Positions 38,760 to 49,661 are shown, counted from the stretch's first letter. The stretch is 64,000 nucleotides of DNA from Escherichia coli (GCF_050320075.1 NZ_CP190021.1); one strand, 5' to 3'. A program made the numbers and translations. The notes: generated by a model not told the origin, from the letters alone.

Positions 38760-39050
38760 TTAATCGAGGCCAGTCCAGTCTCGTGGTGATTCCGTATGGT
38801 GGCGATACCACCATGGACGACCGGAGGCGATGGCCCCTCTCAGAATGCTGAAAATGCGTGTACAGATAGTCCTGACAGTCCAGCCTGAACGGTCGAGAAT
38901 AACGAAAAATAAAATGATGCCGGTGCAAATCCAGAAGGTTGTTTTGGAGGGAAAGGGGCATATAAACAGATAAATCATGGTGAACGGCAGAGGTACGCCC
39001 TGGATGTTGACTGGCGGTGTTGCATATCGCCAGAAACCTTCTCTTTTCAT
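38760..39050 (-). CDS. traK: TraK small membrane protein (IcmT-like, 96 aa)
   Basis: 96 aa with transmembrane helix, ATGA-type overlap with traJ stop; alternate frame to the spurious N-extension of nuc. Confidence 0.6.
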   Translation of the reverse strand: MKREGFWRYATPPVNIQGVPLPFTMIYLFICPFPSKTTFWICTGIILFFVILDRSGWTVRTICTRIFSILRGAIASGRPWWYRHHTESPRDWTGLD

Positions 39051-40195
39051 GACCGTAACTCCCCTGGCGGGATAAAAAGAATCGCTTCTCTTCGGTCAAC
39101 TTCATTCCGGATATACATTTCCAGAATCTGGTCCCGGATACGGCGCTTCTCCTGCCGGATTATGGCATCAATGTGATGCCCCCACTCTGCATGCGGCATT
39201 CCGGAAAGATTGTCGCGAAGCTCATCGTTAATGACGATATATTCCCGGACGGCTTTACGACCACCGTCATTTGTTCTGACCAGAACCTGAACCAGAATGA
39301 ACTGCAACAGTGACAGGACAGCCCAGGCCATCGAATCCCTGATGACAGGGGGAAACAGCCCAAGAAGACGTGCCAGCGTTTCACCAGGAGATTTCGTATG
39401 CATGGTGCTCAGGCAGTAATGCCCGGTGTTGCCTGCCTGTACCGCTGCGTCGGCGGTTTCGTTATCCCTGATCTCACCAACACCGATAATTTCGGGATTA
39501 CGTCGTACAGCAGAACGCAGTCCGGCAGCAAAACTGACCACATCACGCCCGATTTCTGCCTGATGCGGTGGGAGCAGATCGTTTTCATTTCCCAGGATAT
39601 ATTCCACCGGGTCTTCATATGTCACGATTTTGGCGTCGGGGAAATTGTCCATAATGTAACGGTACAGTGCTGAACACAGCGTTGATTTTCCTGACCCGGT
39701 TTCACCACATACAAATCCCAGACCGCTTTTGCAGACCATTGCTTCAAGCAGGTCTGGTTCAATGTTCATGGAGAGAATGTCCGGTATTTCTGTCGGGATG
39801 ACACGCATGGTTATTGAGATTGCTTTCTCCTCCGCACCAGATGTGCCCTGAATGAGGTGAGAGCGTAACCGGATGCGTTCTCCGCGTTTAAGACCATAGC
39901 GCCCGGATGCATCCCCGTTAATCTGTATCGTCCTGTCAACCGGATTGCCTGCCAGAACGCGGGGAATGACTTCCCGACCGAACAGTTCATCAATCAGGGA
40001 GGACATGAGTGTGGTTGGTAACGTTGCACTGGAACAACGCACCCGTCGGCCAAAGCGACTGACAGATACAGGTGACCCGCCGGTCAGATCCACATCACTG
40101 ACTTTATGTGCGGCACACCAGACAAAGAAATGCCGTAGTTCATCTGCAGTGAAACGCTGAAACGGAAAAAGACCAAACTCATCAGGAATATTCAT
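39047..40195 (-). CDS. traJ: TraJ, VirB11/DotB-like secretion ATPase (382 aa)
   Basis: Walker A GETGSGKST; size matches. Confidence 0.9.
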   Translation of the reverse strand: MNIPDEFGLFPFQRFTADELRHFFVWCAAHKVSDVDLTGGSPVSVSRFGRRVRCSSATLPTTLMSSLIDELFGREVIPRVLAGNPVDRTIQINGDASGRYGLKRGERIRLRSHLIQGTSGAEEKAISITMRVIPTEIPDILSMNIEPDLLEAMVCKSGLGFVCGETGSGKSTLCSALYRYIMDNFPDAKIVTYEDPVEYILGNENDLLPPHQAEIGRDVVSFAAGLRSAVRRNPEIIGVGEIRDNETADAAVQAGNTGHYCLSTMHTKSPGETLARLLGLFPPVIRDSMAWAVLSLLQFILVQVLVRTNDGGRKAVREYIVINDELRDNLSGMPHAEWGHHIDAIIRQEKRRIRDQILEMYIRNEVDRREAILFIPPGELRS

Positions 40196-41010
40196 CGGGA
40201 GCCTCCTTCAGTGCCTATAAGCGGACGCCAGTGAGATTTCTGAAGATTGAATTCCGCATGATTTTTAAGGCGACGAACACGATCTCCAGTGACCAGTTTT
40301 TTCCCGTCACCTGTAACGGTTTGCATTTGATCAGAAACATCCGGACGGGTGATCATGCCCTGACGCCAGAGAAGTGAGTACAGCATCATGCCCCGGTAAT
40401 CACGGGTGAGGGTTTTCTGGTTGGCTTCAAGCGTCAGGTCGGCGTTTTGTCTTCCTTCCTGCCATCCCTGCCGTAATGCGGTTTCCCACACTTTTCGTTG
40501 CACGCTGTCTTCTGGAACGACGCTGCCTTCTGTACCCGGAGTGGCTGTTGTTGAAAGCCCCCGGAGAAGCCAGTCACGCCAGCCCGGTGGATTGCTGACA
40601 AAGCGTTCAGGGCGAATGATGGTCCAGACCCGGGAAGAGGTCCGGATTTGATCTGGCGTGATATGAGCTACGTCCTGTGCTTCATCAATAACCGGTGGTA
40701 GCCAGCCTTCCGGGCTAATCAGTGGCCGGAAATCGTATAAGGCATTAAGTGTGCTTTCCCGGGCGTTGAGCGCCTGAATCAGCTCCCATGAACGCTGAGC
40801 CTTGCCACCACGAAATCCAAGCGTTTTACCTGCGTCTGTCAGCATTTTCCAGCGTGTTTCTGACAGACTATCCGGCTTTTCACTTCGTGGTTTAAGCCAT
40901 GCATTAATGTCAGGTGGTGGCGTATTGACACCACCTGGCGAGATGGTAGGGGAAGAAGAACAACCAGTAAGCAGTATTACTGGCAAAAGGAGAGAGGTGA
41001 GTGCTTTCAT
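40192..41010 (-). CDS. traI: TraI lipoprotein (DotC-like)
   Basis: Lipoprotein signal LLTGCSS; 272 aa. Confidence 0.8.
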   Translation of the reverse strand: MKALTSLLLPVILLTGCSSSPTISPGGVNTPPPDINAWLKPRSEKPDSLSETRWKMLTDAGKTLGFRGGKAQRSWELIQALNARESTLNALYDFRPLISPEGWLPPVIDEAQDVAHITPDQIRTSSRVWTIIRPERFVSNPPGWRDWLLRGLSTTATPGTEGSVVPEDSVQRKVWETALRQGWQEGRQNADLTLEANQKTLTRDYRGMMLYSLLWRQGMITRPDVSDQMQTVTGDGKKLVTGDRVRRLKNHAEFNLQKSHWRPLIGTEGGSR

Positions 41011-41465
41011 TTTTTCCGGTTCTCCGGCTGCATGAAGCTGACCTGTAACAAGCCCGGATATTGATGGATTGTTGCTCTCCAGGCTGTCTGGGCTTCAATA
41101 AGTCTCAACGTATTGGAAAACGTCATATCCCGGACGTGAAGGTTGACTGGTAACGGCAGGCGGACACCATTGTAGTTAAACTGCATCCCCCTGACTCTGG
41201 CCAGTTCGTTCAGTAATTCAATTGCATCACCTTCCCAGTCAAAGGAAAGGCGATCGCTGTTAGCTGTCAGAAGATGAGACCCCGTTGAAACCGGAAGTTG
41301 GCCGGAAAATACACCTTTGTCCCATAATGTGTACTGAGTGTGCCGGGTAACCGCCACATCAGAGGCAGCACCGTAGTTACGCGGAACAGGAGTATGCTGA
41401 GAAGGGGAGTTGCAGCCAGCCAGAAAAAGGGCGGCAAGACACCCCGCAGGTATAATACGGTTCAT
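41007..41465 (-). CDS. traH: TraH lipoprotein (DotD-like)
   Basis: Lipoprotein signal FLAGCNS; 152 aa. Confidence 0.8.
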   Translation of the reverse strand: MNRIIPAGCLAALFLAGCNSPSQHTPVPRNYGAASDVAVTRHTQYTLWDKGVFSGQLPVSTGSHLLTANSDRLSFDWEGDAIELLNELARVRGMQFNYNGVRLPLPVNLHVRDMTFSNTLRLIEAQTAWRATIHQYPGLLQVSFMQPENRKK

Positions 41466-41671
41466 AATAATTCCTGAGCAGTTAAATCAGAATGGGATAT
41501 ACCGGTGCTCCGGTACAGACAGGATGATGTTTGTTTCCGGCTATACTTGCGTTACCGGAAATAAATGCCAGTGTGGCCAGGTAAATAGCCTCATAGTTTA
41601 CTGAAGGTGATTATTCCTGATACTGGCTGGTTGATGTGTCGTCAGACATAAAACGAATATGAGCGTAATCT

Positions 41672-41798
41672 TTAACGCTCCGCGCCGAATCGATCCATGA
41701 TGGATGACTCGACGATTTATGAATCGAACGTACCGGCGCTTGTCCCTGAAACAGTTCCCGGCCCTCGTCCGGATAACCTGCAATTCAGACAGGCACAT
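41672..41798 (-). promoter_or_regulatory. bipartite conserved leader element, copy A, upstream of traH
   Basis: Box 1 ttaacgctccgcgccgaatcgatccatgatgg and box 2 ctgcaattcagacaggcacat recur at 62169-62292 and 63231-63361. Confidence 0.5.
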
Positions 41799-41859
41799 GT
41801 GCCCGTACACTCTTGTATCTTACTGAGTATATCAGAATTTATGTAAATTCAAATATCCT

Positions 41860-42444
41860 CTATGCCTCTTTGTTGTATTTTCCGTCAAGTATGAGCCGGG
41901 TACCATCGTAATGCATGATCAGGGCATCAAGGTACGCCGGTTTGAATTTCTTGCCGAGCCTATCTCTGGCCAGAAATGATAAACAATGATTATGTGTCAT
42001 TATTACTATGTTCCTTTTATGAGATTCTCTTGCGATTGATTCAAGCGTCTTATAAAGATCATTATTGCAGTCTGATAAACTGTCCATAACGACGGGTTCT
42101 TTACCGGAGAAGAATTTTGCAGTTTGTATGGTTCTTACCGCATTGCTGGAGTAAATATCATATTCACTGAAGATTGTTGCGAACTTAATACCTTCCTGCT
42201 GTGCTTTCTCTGTACCGGTAATAGTGATTCCGCTTTTATCCGAATAGCATGGCATATCTGAACGGTCGCAACGTTCTCCATGGCGGAAAAGGAAAATAAC
42301 GGTGTTATCAGCATTAATTTCTTTTGCCTGTTCCAGGGTGATATCGGGAAGCGAGCTTTTTGCTTTTGTCACTGCCGCTACCAGGAAAACAGAAAATAAA
42401 AGAATGAATGCTGTTTTTGAATAAGAAGAACGTGGTTTCATCAT
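41860..42444 (-). CDS. traG: histidine phosphatase (phosphoglycerate-mutase-like) family protein with signal peptide, at the traG position
   Basis: RHGER catalytic motif (LFRHGERCD); N-terminal signal peptide; symbol is positional only. Confidence 0.55.
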   Translation of the reverse strand: MMKPRSSYSKTAFILLFSVFLVAAVTKAKSSLPDITLEQAKEINADNTVIFLFRHGERCDRSDMPCYSDKSGITITGTEKAQQEGIKFATIFSEYDIYSSNAVRTIQTAKFFSGKEPVVMDSLSDCNNDLYKTLESIARESHKRNIVIMTHNHCLSFLARDRLGKKFKPAYLDALIMHYDGTRLILDGKYNKEA

Positions 42445-42503
42445 GTTATTTAAACTGAATATAAAAATACCCCCGGGTTTAGTGCCGGGGGCGGGGACAG
42501 TAA

Positions 42504-43706
42504 TCAGAAAGTGAACTGAAGTTGTGCCATTGCACCGTAATCGTGGTCAGTTCCTACCAGGCCGGAAACATCGATATGTACGACGTCAAATGGAGAGATA
42601 CCAACGCCAGCGGTGAAGGCGCTTCCGGAGTTTGATGCCATGTTCTGACGATAACCGGCACGCAATTGCGCCCATTTCCATGCGTTAAATTCAGCACCAA
42701 CACTTGCAAACTGACGTTTGCTGTCAGAAGTGAAGCCACTGGCAGGAGTCAGATCAATGTCAAGAGCAGTGGTAAACAGGTCATTATGCCAGGATACACC
42801 GGCGGTTGCCTGCGGACGAACTTTGAAGGTTTCTTTAAAGCCATTGACGACTTTAGTATCAATACTGCGTGGAATGATGTTCTGGGCAACAAGACCGACA
42901 GTCCAGTTGTCATTCAGGTCTGTATAAGCACCAATATCGGCGTTGAATCCGTTTTTCGTGTTGTGGTACTTGTCACCGTCAAAATCGTCTTTGTCGTAAT
43001 CACGAACCGTTACGTTGTAGTTAAACAGGTCCACACGCTGATATTTTGGTGTGACGCCAAGAGACCATTTTTGTCCGGCCGTTTCCAGTTCTTTGGCAAA
43101 TGAAATTCCGACGTCGGTAATTACAGCTGCACGCCCGAATGCGCGTGAGGTCAGGGCATTCTTATCGACGTCGGTAATTGTTCCATTGGCAACTTTGTCC
43201 AGATAATCCAGGTCTGCATCGTTTACTTTTCCGTTTACGCTGACAGTTCCGTAAGACTTGACCATAAGGGCAAACGGCAGAGTGTCATTTGCCATGGCTG
43301 CTACAGCTGATACACCTACCTGAGCATCTGCATTGATATTGCGGAATTCCTGCAGACGATGTTTAAGATTTGCCGCTGCCTGTTGTACGCCATGCTGGTT
43401 ATCTACAGCACTGTCAAACAAATCCCAGTCATCTTTAACATCATCAGCTTTATTTGATACATCATCAGGATCAGCAACTTGTGCCCCAACAGACGGCAGA
43501 AGAAGGCTGAAATCATCATTGCTGTTGTGCTTTGTCAGTAAAGCCGGGTTTGCCAGAGGTGCCACACCATAATGGGAAGATGCTACCCCGGTACCACCCA
43601 TTGCATCGTTACGCGCTTCAAAATATGACGTCGCTGCTGCAGCGTTAAAGGAAAATAATACAGCAGATGCAATGATGGTGCGGGTAATATGATTTTTCTT
43701 CATCAT
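42504..43706 (-). CDS. traF: TraF outer-membrane beta-barrel-like protein
   Basis: Signal peptide, alternating beta-strand pattern, C-terminal aromatic LQFTF; 400 aa. Confidence 0.7.
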   Translation of the reverse strand: MMKKNHITRTIIASAVLFSFNAAAATSYFEARNDAMGGTGVASSHYGVAPLANPALLTKHNSNDDFSLLLPSVGAQVADPDDVSNKADDVKDDWDLFDSAVDNQHGVQQAAANLKHRLQEFRNINADAQVGVSAVAAMANDTLPFALMVKSYGTVSVNGKVNDADLDYLDKVANGTITDVDKNALTSRAFGRAAVITDVGISFAKELETAGQKWSLGVTPKYQRVDLFNYNVTVRDYDKDDFDGDKYHNTKNGFNADIGAYTDLNDNWTVGLVAQNIIPRSIDTKVVNGFKETFKVRPQATAGVSWHNDLFTTALDIDLTPASGFTSDSKRQFASVGAEFNAWKWAQLRAGYRQNMASNSGSAFTAGVGISPFDVVHIDVSGLVGTDHDYGAMAQLQFTF

Positions 43707-43790
43707 TTAATTTCCTGTTTATCAGAATTTAGACAAAACAACGCTATGACACGGATGTGCCGTAATTTTTACTTTGGTACTATCTGGTAT

Positions 43791-44615
43791 TTACCAGGGT
43801 AATAAAGACGTATTAAATAAGCTAACAGGTAGTATTTGCCCTGTAATAAGGTTCCCGGCAAGGCCAGGTCTCAACGTGACGCGTCGCAAAGACATTGTTG
43901 TATTCTGCCTGGTTGTATATTCAGTTAACCATTTTCTTTTTTCATCGTTCAGAAGTGTTGGTGATAATGATAGTGCCGGATATATTACAGAGCCATTTAT
44001 TTCTTTTTTCTGTCTCAATATTACCCCGCAATATTCTCTTTTCGTATTTCCTGCGAAGGGGAAACTATGCCAGAAAATAACTTCAGTGTTGCTGCTATCA
44101 CTAATAAGCATTCTGAAATTATCAGCAGTATCTGGCCATTCACCGGACAACGCTATCGGATAGTTTTCATGGCCATTCAGCCAGTCCGGATTGAGATTAA
44201 AACATTCAGCAAGATGTTCGAGAGCGTCAGCTGAAAGATAGTCTGCAAGTCTGGCCGGGTCCTGTATAACCGTGGAGCGGATATTCCATGGCGACAGCAA
44301 TGTTGCCAGTAATGGCGCATTTATATCATGCGACAGCATGATGTATTCAATTCTGCTTATTATGTTTCCTGTGGTGTTATCCGCAGGCATAAACATATTA
44401 TGAAGAGCATCCTCAAGCAGGATTCGGGTTAAATCAGCGGTGGATATGGCTAATTGTTCGCTCATTATCCCCAGAACTTCTCTTACCCCTTGGGGGTAAC
44501 GGACCTGCAGAGGTGTCGGGTTTATCTGACGACCGTTGATGAGTTTTTCGCCGATTGCTTTTTTGTCCAGCGAGAGCATCATTCGGGCCGCAATACCGGT
44601 CGTATTCAGTCTCAT
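43791..44615 (-). CDS. traE: TraE
   Basis: 274 aa; last tra gene before rci; synteny only. Confidence 0.6.
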   Translation of the reverse strand: MRLNTTGIAARMMLSLDKKAIGEKLINGRQINPTPLQVRYPQGVREVLGIMSEQLAISTADLTRILLEDALHNMFMPADNTTGNIISRIEYIMLSHDINAPLLATLLSPWNIRSTVIQDPARLADYLSADALEHLAECFNLNPDWLNGHENYPIALSGEWPDTADNFRMLISDSSNTEVIFWHSFPFAGNTKREYCGVILRQKKEINGSVIYPALSLSPTLLNDEKRKWLTEYTTRQNTTMSLRRVTLRPGLAGNLITGQILPVSLFNTSLLPW

Positions 44616-44765
44616 TGTTCCTCCGACTGAAAAAGTCTTTTCAGCTCATGTGGTTATTGTATCTTCGGTGTTTTTTCTGGTGAAACGAATAATTTCGATC
44701 ATGCAGATCGAATGTGTTTGGCGAGTTGTTGCAACTCGCCTTTCTGTATGTGTTTTGAATGATGT

Positions 44766-45920
44766 TTACAGCGGGGTGCTGCCCGGGTTCAGAGGGCAAA
44801 TCATAATGTAGTCAGGGTCGTTAACAGGTAACGCTCCGGGAGATGGGACACGTTCGCCTTTCTGTGCTGCAATGGCCAGTGTACGCAACAAAACCTCACT
44901 GGCGCGGTGAACTGCTTCCTCTTTCGTTGTGGCAGTGACGTGAAGGTTATCAAAATCACCGATCTCAATACGATGCGCTTTCTGCCCATTTTCTTCATCG
45001 ATGGTCGTGATATGGGCAGGATACGGCACAAACCATGCTGCTACTTTTTGTGTCTGCCGCCGGCGGGCATCAAGCTTACTGACCAGTTGCCATGCACGAA
45101 GATGAGTATACCGTTTCAGCATATTCATGGAACGATGTCCTGATATTGCAGCAATCTCCATTACATTCAGGCTACCCAGTTCGAAGAAGCGGCTTATTGC
45201 TTCATGCCGTAGATCGTGAAAATGCAGGTCCTCGATGCGAAGTCGTTGTGTGGCTATTCTCCAGGCATTTTTAAAGCCGGATGCGGTGTAATCAAAAACA
45301 TTGCCGTGGAGATTAACGGGCATCATCTGAAGAAAGTTACGGGCACGTCTGGACAGAGGAACATCCCGTGAGTGACCGTTTTTGGTTTCAGGTAAATGAG
45401 CCACACCGTGGCGCAAATCAATGTGCTCCCAACGTAAGGCCAGTATTTCGCCCTGCCGCATGGCTGTCTCAAGGGCAAGATGGAAAATGACATACAACAT
45501 CAGATTTTTTTCGCGGAAATAGCGAGAAAGGCGACGTTCTTCTGAAGACGTTAGCCGGCGATCTCGTCCCGAGGATACTTTCGGCTTGCGAACCAGTTCA
45601 ACCGGGTTAGTACGACAGGTTCCCCATTCAACACGAGCAATATTGAACAGAGATGACAGAAGGGCGAGTTCAAGACGTACAGTATTACCTGTAATGGGTT
45701 TACCCGTTCGGGGGTTGATTTCTGCTAAACGAACGTCTCTGTATGTAGCAATATCAACGGTTGTTATTTCGTCCATATTCCGAAGGGCAATGGGATATCG
45801 CTTGATAACATTGCTCCGGTAAAACTCCTGTTGATGCCCTTTCTTGTGAACAGAAACTGTTTTCAGGTACTTATCCAGTGCGCGTGACAGGGACATTTTA
45901 CGGATGCGTGGAGACGGCAT
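44766..45920 (-). CDS. rci: shufflon-specific tyrosine recombinase Rci (384 aa)
   Basis: Start [19 protein letters not shown]; tyrosine recombinase motifs (R..HDLRH..Y); directly adjacent to the 19-bp shufflon repeats. Confidence 0.92.
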   Translation of the reverse strand: MPSPRIRKMSLSRALDKYLKTVSVHKKGHQQEFYRSNVIKRYPIALRNMDEITTVDIATYRDVRLAEINPRTGKPITGNTVRLELALLSSLFNIARVEWGTCRTNPVELVRKPKVSSGRDRRLTSSEERRLSRYFREKNLMLYVIFHLALETAMRQGEILALRWEHIDLRHGVAHLPETKNGHSRDVPLSRRARNFLQMMPVNLHGNVFDYTASGFKNAWRIATQRLRIEDLHFHDLRHEAISRFFELGSLNVMEIAAISGHRSMNMLKRYTHLRAWQLVSKLDARRRQTQKVAAWFVPYPAHITTIDEENGQKAHRIEIGDFDNLHVTATTKEEAVHRASEVLLRTLAIAAQKGERVPSPGALPVNDPDYIMICPLNPGSTPL

Positions 45921-45971
45921 GCTAACCTCAAAAGAGGCAAAAAATAATGCCAACAATCATTCTCTGCAAGC

Positions 45972-45990
45972 GTGCCAATCCGGTACCTGG
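45972..45990 (+). repeat. shufflon sfx repeat 1
   Basis: gtgccaatccggtacctgg. Confidence 0.9.
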
Positions 45991-46446
45991 GGCGCTCCTA
46001 AAATTCAATTCACAACGCAGACCTACAACATAGCTAAAAACACTCGTAATTTAAGGCTCGGGGTCCATGCATATTGCTCATGGACTTACCTGAATGGCTC
46101 ACCCTTTGGTGGTTTTCAACAGGTATATTCCGACCAAAACAACGTTTGGTATGTGAGTAATTATGCTTGGGGAAATTATGAGTCTGGTGGGACCATATCA
46201 GTCACATGCCTCAATCTTCCTGGTGCTGGAGCTTAATTAAAGGGGCAACAGTAGGCATCGACATGTTCCTCATCAACACCATCACCAATACCGTACATGC
46301 GTGTTCCAGTCATAATGTATCCAGTCGGACATTGAATCGGCTTGTAATAGATCGAACCACCACTCTTACCGCCGATAAAGTGATTCATTGCTACGGATGA
46401 TTTGTACCAATTACATGCTGAGTAATTAATTTTATTACCCCCTGAC

Positions 46447-46465
46447 CACCGACCGGATTGGCACG
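46447..46465 (-). repeat. shufflon sfx repeat 2
   Basis: reverse complement gtgccaatccggtcggtgg. Confidence 0.9.
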
Positions 46466-46472
46466 TAGGCCA

Positions 46473-46491
46473 GTGCCAATCCGGTACTTGG
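46473..46491 (+). repeat. shufflon sfx repeat 3
   Basis: gtgccaatccggtacttgg. Confidence 0.9.
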
Positions 46492-46801
46492 CGTAAAAGC
46501 AATTCTGGTAGTACGGTGATAACTGGTCGTATAGCAAATGGTCAGCAAATACCGCTGCCAACAGGATTTTCTGCCAGTCAGTGCTCATGGAGTGTGAGCA
46601 ATGCAGAAAACCCTCAAGGTTGGAAGCCGAATTACTTTGCAGGATCAGTTGCAACTTATGATGCAAATCGAATTGTTAAATGTGGTTTTTATGATGAATA
46701 CAATTTCCATAAAGGGACATTTAGAGCTGATTTAACCGGAAAATGTAGTTATGTCGTCGCGTGTCAGAACTGAGATTAAATTGCTGGCGCTGCTGGCCTA
46801 C

Positions 46802-46820
46802 GTGCCAATCCGGTACCTGG
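46802..46820 (+). repeat. shufflon sfx repeat 4
   Basis: gtgccaatccggtacctgg. Confidence 0.9.
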
Positions 46821-47307
46821 AGAAAGGTAGGATCTGGTGAGCTTCAAATTGCTACAGCACAGGCCACAGGTTGGCGCTTTCCTGGAGCAACAGCTACTTG
46901 TCCAACTGGAAAACGTGTTACAGGTGGCGGCGGAATATGCACCTCACGAACTGGTTACATATGGCTTACCAGGTCATTCCCATCAGCCAATAACTCATGG
47001 TCGGCTGCGTGCGATACAACCGAAGATCAGAATGGTTCAATAACTGTATATGCCATTTGCCAATAAGCTATTTCAAGCAAGTAATCTTCATAAAGTAGGA
47101 CGAATACTGTGTGTAGTTTTTGGCTTGCCAAGTCATCTCGCCGTTAGAGTCAGGCATGTCAATAGGAACGACTTCTGTTTCTGCCATTTCACGCCCGTCA
47201 ATACGATAGGTGTTAATACACAGTTTAAACCTCCCTAAGACCTGTGTGTTTTTGGGATATAACGTAAATGTTTTTATATTCGTCCATATCGACGCTGATG
47301 ATGATTT

Positions 47308-47326
47308 CCAGGTACCGGATTGGCAC
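47308..47326 (-). repeat. shufflon sfx repeat 5
   Basis: reverse complement gtgccaatccggtacctgg. Confidence 0.9.
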
Positions 47327-47334
47327 GTAGGCCA

Positions 47335-47353
47335 GTGCCAATCCGGTACGTGG
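47335..47353 (+). repeat. shufflon sfx repeat 6
   Basis: gtgccaatccggtacgtgg. Confidence 0.9.
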
Positions 47354-47685
47354 AAGACTTCTGGTTCGCTCAATGGTTCTTACACAAACTTAGGTTCACA
47401 TAGAGGTTCATTCTCAGGGCGGAATTCAGGGGGCAGTACATTGTTTATTTATGCATCTGGAGGTAATGGAGGATCTGCCGGAGGTGCATGTGCAAATACA
47501 TCCCGACTGCAGGGATATGTTGGTGGGACGCTAATTAGCGTGAATGCCAGCAATAACCCTGCATATGGAAAAACAGCCTTTATCAGCTTTGCTGTACCTG
47601 CAGGTACTTCCTATCAGATAACATCCTATCCAACAGAAAATACATCATGTGGTGCCGGGGTATTTTCAGTATTTGGATATCAAAC

Positions 47686-48990
47686 TTAATTGAGCGTTAC
47701 ACACGACGCAATACAACCTGTCTTATGCTCGTATTTGTACCATTTGCGTGAACCTGCTGGGCTCTCAACTACCTGGCAGTAGTGGGCATCCTCTGCGTTG
47801 CCCATTCTGGCAATGGCACAGAAGTCGAATTGCCCCAGATAACCTGTGGTGGAAAGCTGAGTAACTTTGAGTTTTCCACCTATTGTCCCCCACGTACCGG
47901 ATTGGCACGAAAGTATTGCCCCTGTATTATCGCGGCCTACAAGGCCGTTAGGCGAACATGATGCGCCAGCAACGGCAGTTCTTTCCAGTTGTAAGTATTC
48001 ACCAGTATAAAGGCGACCATCAGCCCGAACAGTACCGCCTTTCACCTGACCGCCGGTATAGATGCCCTTGTTGTTTACACTTCGAACCCATGATCCATCG
48101 GACATATAAAATCCGCCACCGTGAGTTTCATTGAGCCAGCCTTTACTGTTACGAGTAATTAACCAACCATTATTACTTCTGATATCACCGCCAGCGGTGA
48201 CATTTACGTCAAAGTTTCCGCTATTGCCTTTTACCTGACCGCTGAAAGTGCCATTTACACCATTCACATTGCCGCTGAAATTACCTGTCTGGGCATTTAC
48301 TGCCCCAACGTTATTCAGGTTATTTGATCCCATATCAATGGCCGTGTGCATTTTGTTTAAGTCAGGGCGACCATTGACCTGGAATCTGTAAAGACGATCA
48401 GTGTCCTCAGCTGCACCACTAAGTTCATCTGTCGATAACAATACGGCAATATGCCCGTTACCGCTTTTGGCACCATAATTACTTAAAGCTACTGACCAGG
48501 AACGTAATGCACCTGTGGCTGTTTTGCCGTCCTGGATATATCCACCAAGACCAGTGGTAATATCCTTAGCCATCTGGATAAGTGCTTTCACTGGATAAGG
48601 TGTGCCACCACTGGATACAACCATTGCCTGTAGTAATTCCGGGTTTTGGGCGTTTCGAACCACATATGCCTGTAACCGCTGCCCCTCGCTGTTTGTCTCA
48701 GTAAACCCGCTGGACAAAAAGCCGGTATTTTTCAGCATGGTTGTCGTGATAACGGCAGGAGTTGTTGTGGTACTACTGCCCTGGAGAGTCGTGTAGTTTT
48801 TCCCTATATAAGAGCGGGCCGCACTGGTCCAGTTGCTGACAAGACGTGCTTCAGTTTGCCATCCTTTTGTTTGAATATAGTCCTGCCATATGCCCGCTCC
48901 CCAGGCAATCAGGAGCATAACAATCAGTAAAGCCGCGCCAGTTTCCAGCGATGCCCAGCCTCGGTCATATTTTTTCATCAGATTACCCAT
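47686..48990 (-). CDS. pilV: PilV thin-pilus adhesin / minor pilin with shufflon-selected C-terminus
   Basis: Type IV pilin-like N-terminus; CQSGTW junction encoded by sfx repeat 7. Confidence 0.9.
   Translation of the reverse strand: MGNLMKKYDRGWASLETGAALLIVMLLIAWGAGIWQDYIQTKGWQTEARLVSNWTSAARSYIGKNYTTLQGSSTTTTPAVITTTMLKNTGFLSSGFTETNSEGQRLQAYVVRNAQNPELLQAMVVSSGGTPYPVKALIQMAKDITTGLGGYIQDGKTATGALRSWSVALSNYGAKSGNGHIAVLLSTDELSGAAEDTDRLYRFQVNGRPDLNKMHTAIDMGSNNLNNVGAVNAQTGNFSGNVNGVNGTFSGQVKGNSGNFDVNVTAGGDIRSNNGWLITRNSKGWLNETHGGGFYMSDGSWVRSVNNKGIYTGGQVKGGTVRADGRLYTGEYLQLERTAVAGASCSPNGLVGRDNTGAILSCQSGTWGTIGGKLKVTQLSTTGYLGQFDFCAIARMGNAEDAHYCQVVESPAGSRKWYKYEHKTGCIASCVTLN
47889..47907 (-). repeat. shufflon sfx repeat 7, inside pilV at the constant/variable junction
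   Basis: reverse complement gtgccaatccggtacgtgg. Confidence 0.9.
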
Positions 48991-49661
48991 AGTGGTTGAT
49001 AAAGATTATCCAGCAGCAAAAGGACATGGCCAAAACATAGCCATGGACCCAGAGGGCCTTCTTTATGCCCTTTTATGCACCATGTTGAATGCCATAAGAC
49101 AAATCCTCCTGTGCCCAGCAACACACACCATATGGCGTTATATAACCCTGACCATGCGGTAATACCTGCAATAAGCCACAGGTCTCCAGTGCCAATATTA
49201 AGACGATGGCGGTTAACTAATTTATGAAGGCAGAATAAGACAATTGCAGCAGTGGCAAATTCTGTTGTACGGAACCACCATATATCAGTCGTGATTTGTG
49301 ATAGCATTCCTGCAATTAAAAAACGTCGGGTGAATGTTCCTGGTAATAAACCTGTCAGTGCATCCGTTACCGCCATTTGCAGTATGAACGAAAGAATAAG
49401 GACAGCATGAATACGGTAGAGCAGTGGTGATGATGATAAAATAATTAACGCCACAGCTATACTGTATAGCCATATTCCTGACAGAACAGCAGGGTGTGTC
49501 TTATACCAGAGATGTCCCGTATCAGATAAAAAATAACGAACTCTGAATAGCAGAGTTCGTCCAATAATGGAAAATGTGAACATCAATGGCAGTATATAAA
49601 CAGGGGATAGACTTATGCCTACGATTGTCTGCATTGCCTGCCTCCCTGTCCGGGAAGACAT
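48978..49661 (-). CDS. pilU: PilU prepilin peptidase (A24 family)
   Basis: Polytopic membrane protein with prepilin-peptidase-like core; synteny. Confidence 0.8.
   Translation of the reverse strand: MSSRTGRQAMQTIVGISLSPVYILPLMFTFSIIGRTLLFRVRYFLSDTGHLWYKTHPAVLSGIWLYSIAVALIILSSSPLLYRIHAVLILSFILQMAVTDALTGLLPGTFTRRFLIAGMLSQITTDIWWFRTTEFATAAIVLFCLHKLVNRHRLNIGTGDLWLIAGITAWSGLYNAIWCVLLGTGGFVLWHSTWCIKGHKEGPLGPWLCFGHVLLLLDNLYQPLWVI

Larger units (their letters stand above)
45972..47907. other. multiple-inversion shufflon: four invertible segments bounded by seven 19-bp sfx repeats, carrying alternative pilV 3' exons
   Basis: Repeats GTGCCAATCCGGTNNNTGG at 45972(+), 46447(-), 46473(+), 46802(+), 47308(-), 47335(+), 47889(-); each encodes CQSGTW in frame with a distinct downstream C-terminal ORF (45991-46236+, 46233-46446-, 46492-46773+, 46821-47066+, 47068-47307-, 47354-47689+, and 47686-47888- currently joined to pilV). 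Confidence 0.9.

Noticed and set aside
38746-39105. 120-aa N-terminal extension of the nuclease ORF
   Set aside because: His/Arg-rich implausible sequence; the signal peptide starts at the internal Met, and traK occupies this interval in another frame with coupling to traJ.
44766-45920. Tyrosine recombinase as an integrase marking an integrative element
   Set aside because: It is adjacent to 19-bp sfx repeats and alternative pilV exons, so it is the shufflon recombinase Rci; no attachment site or tRNA gene is seen.
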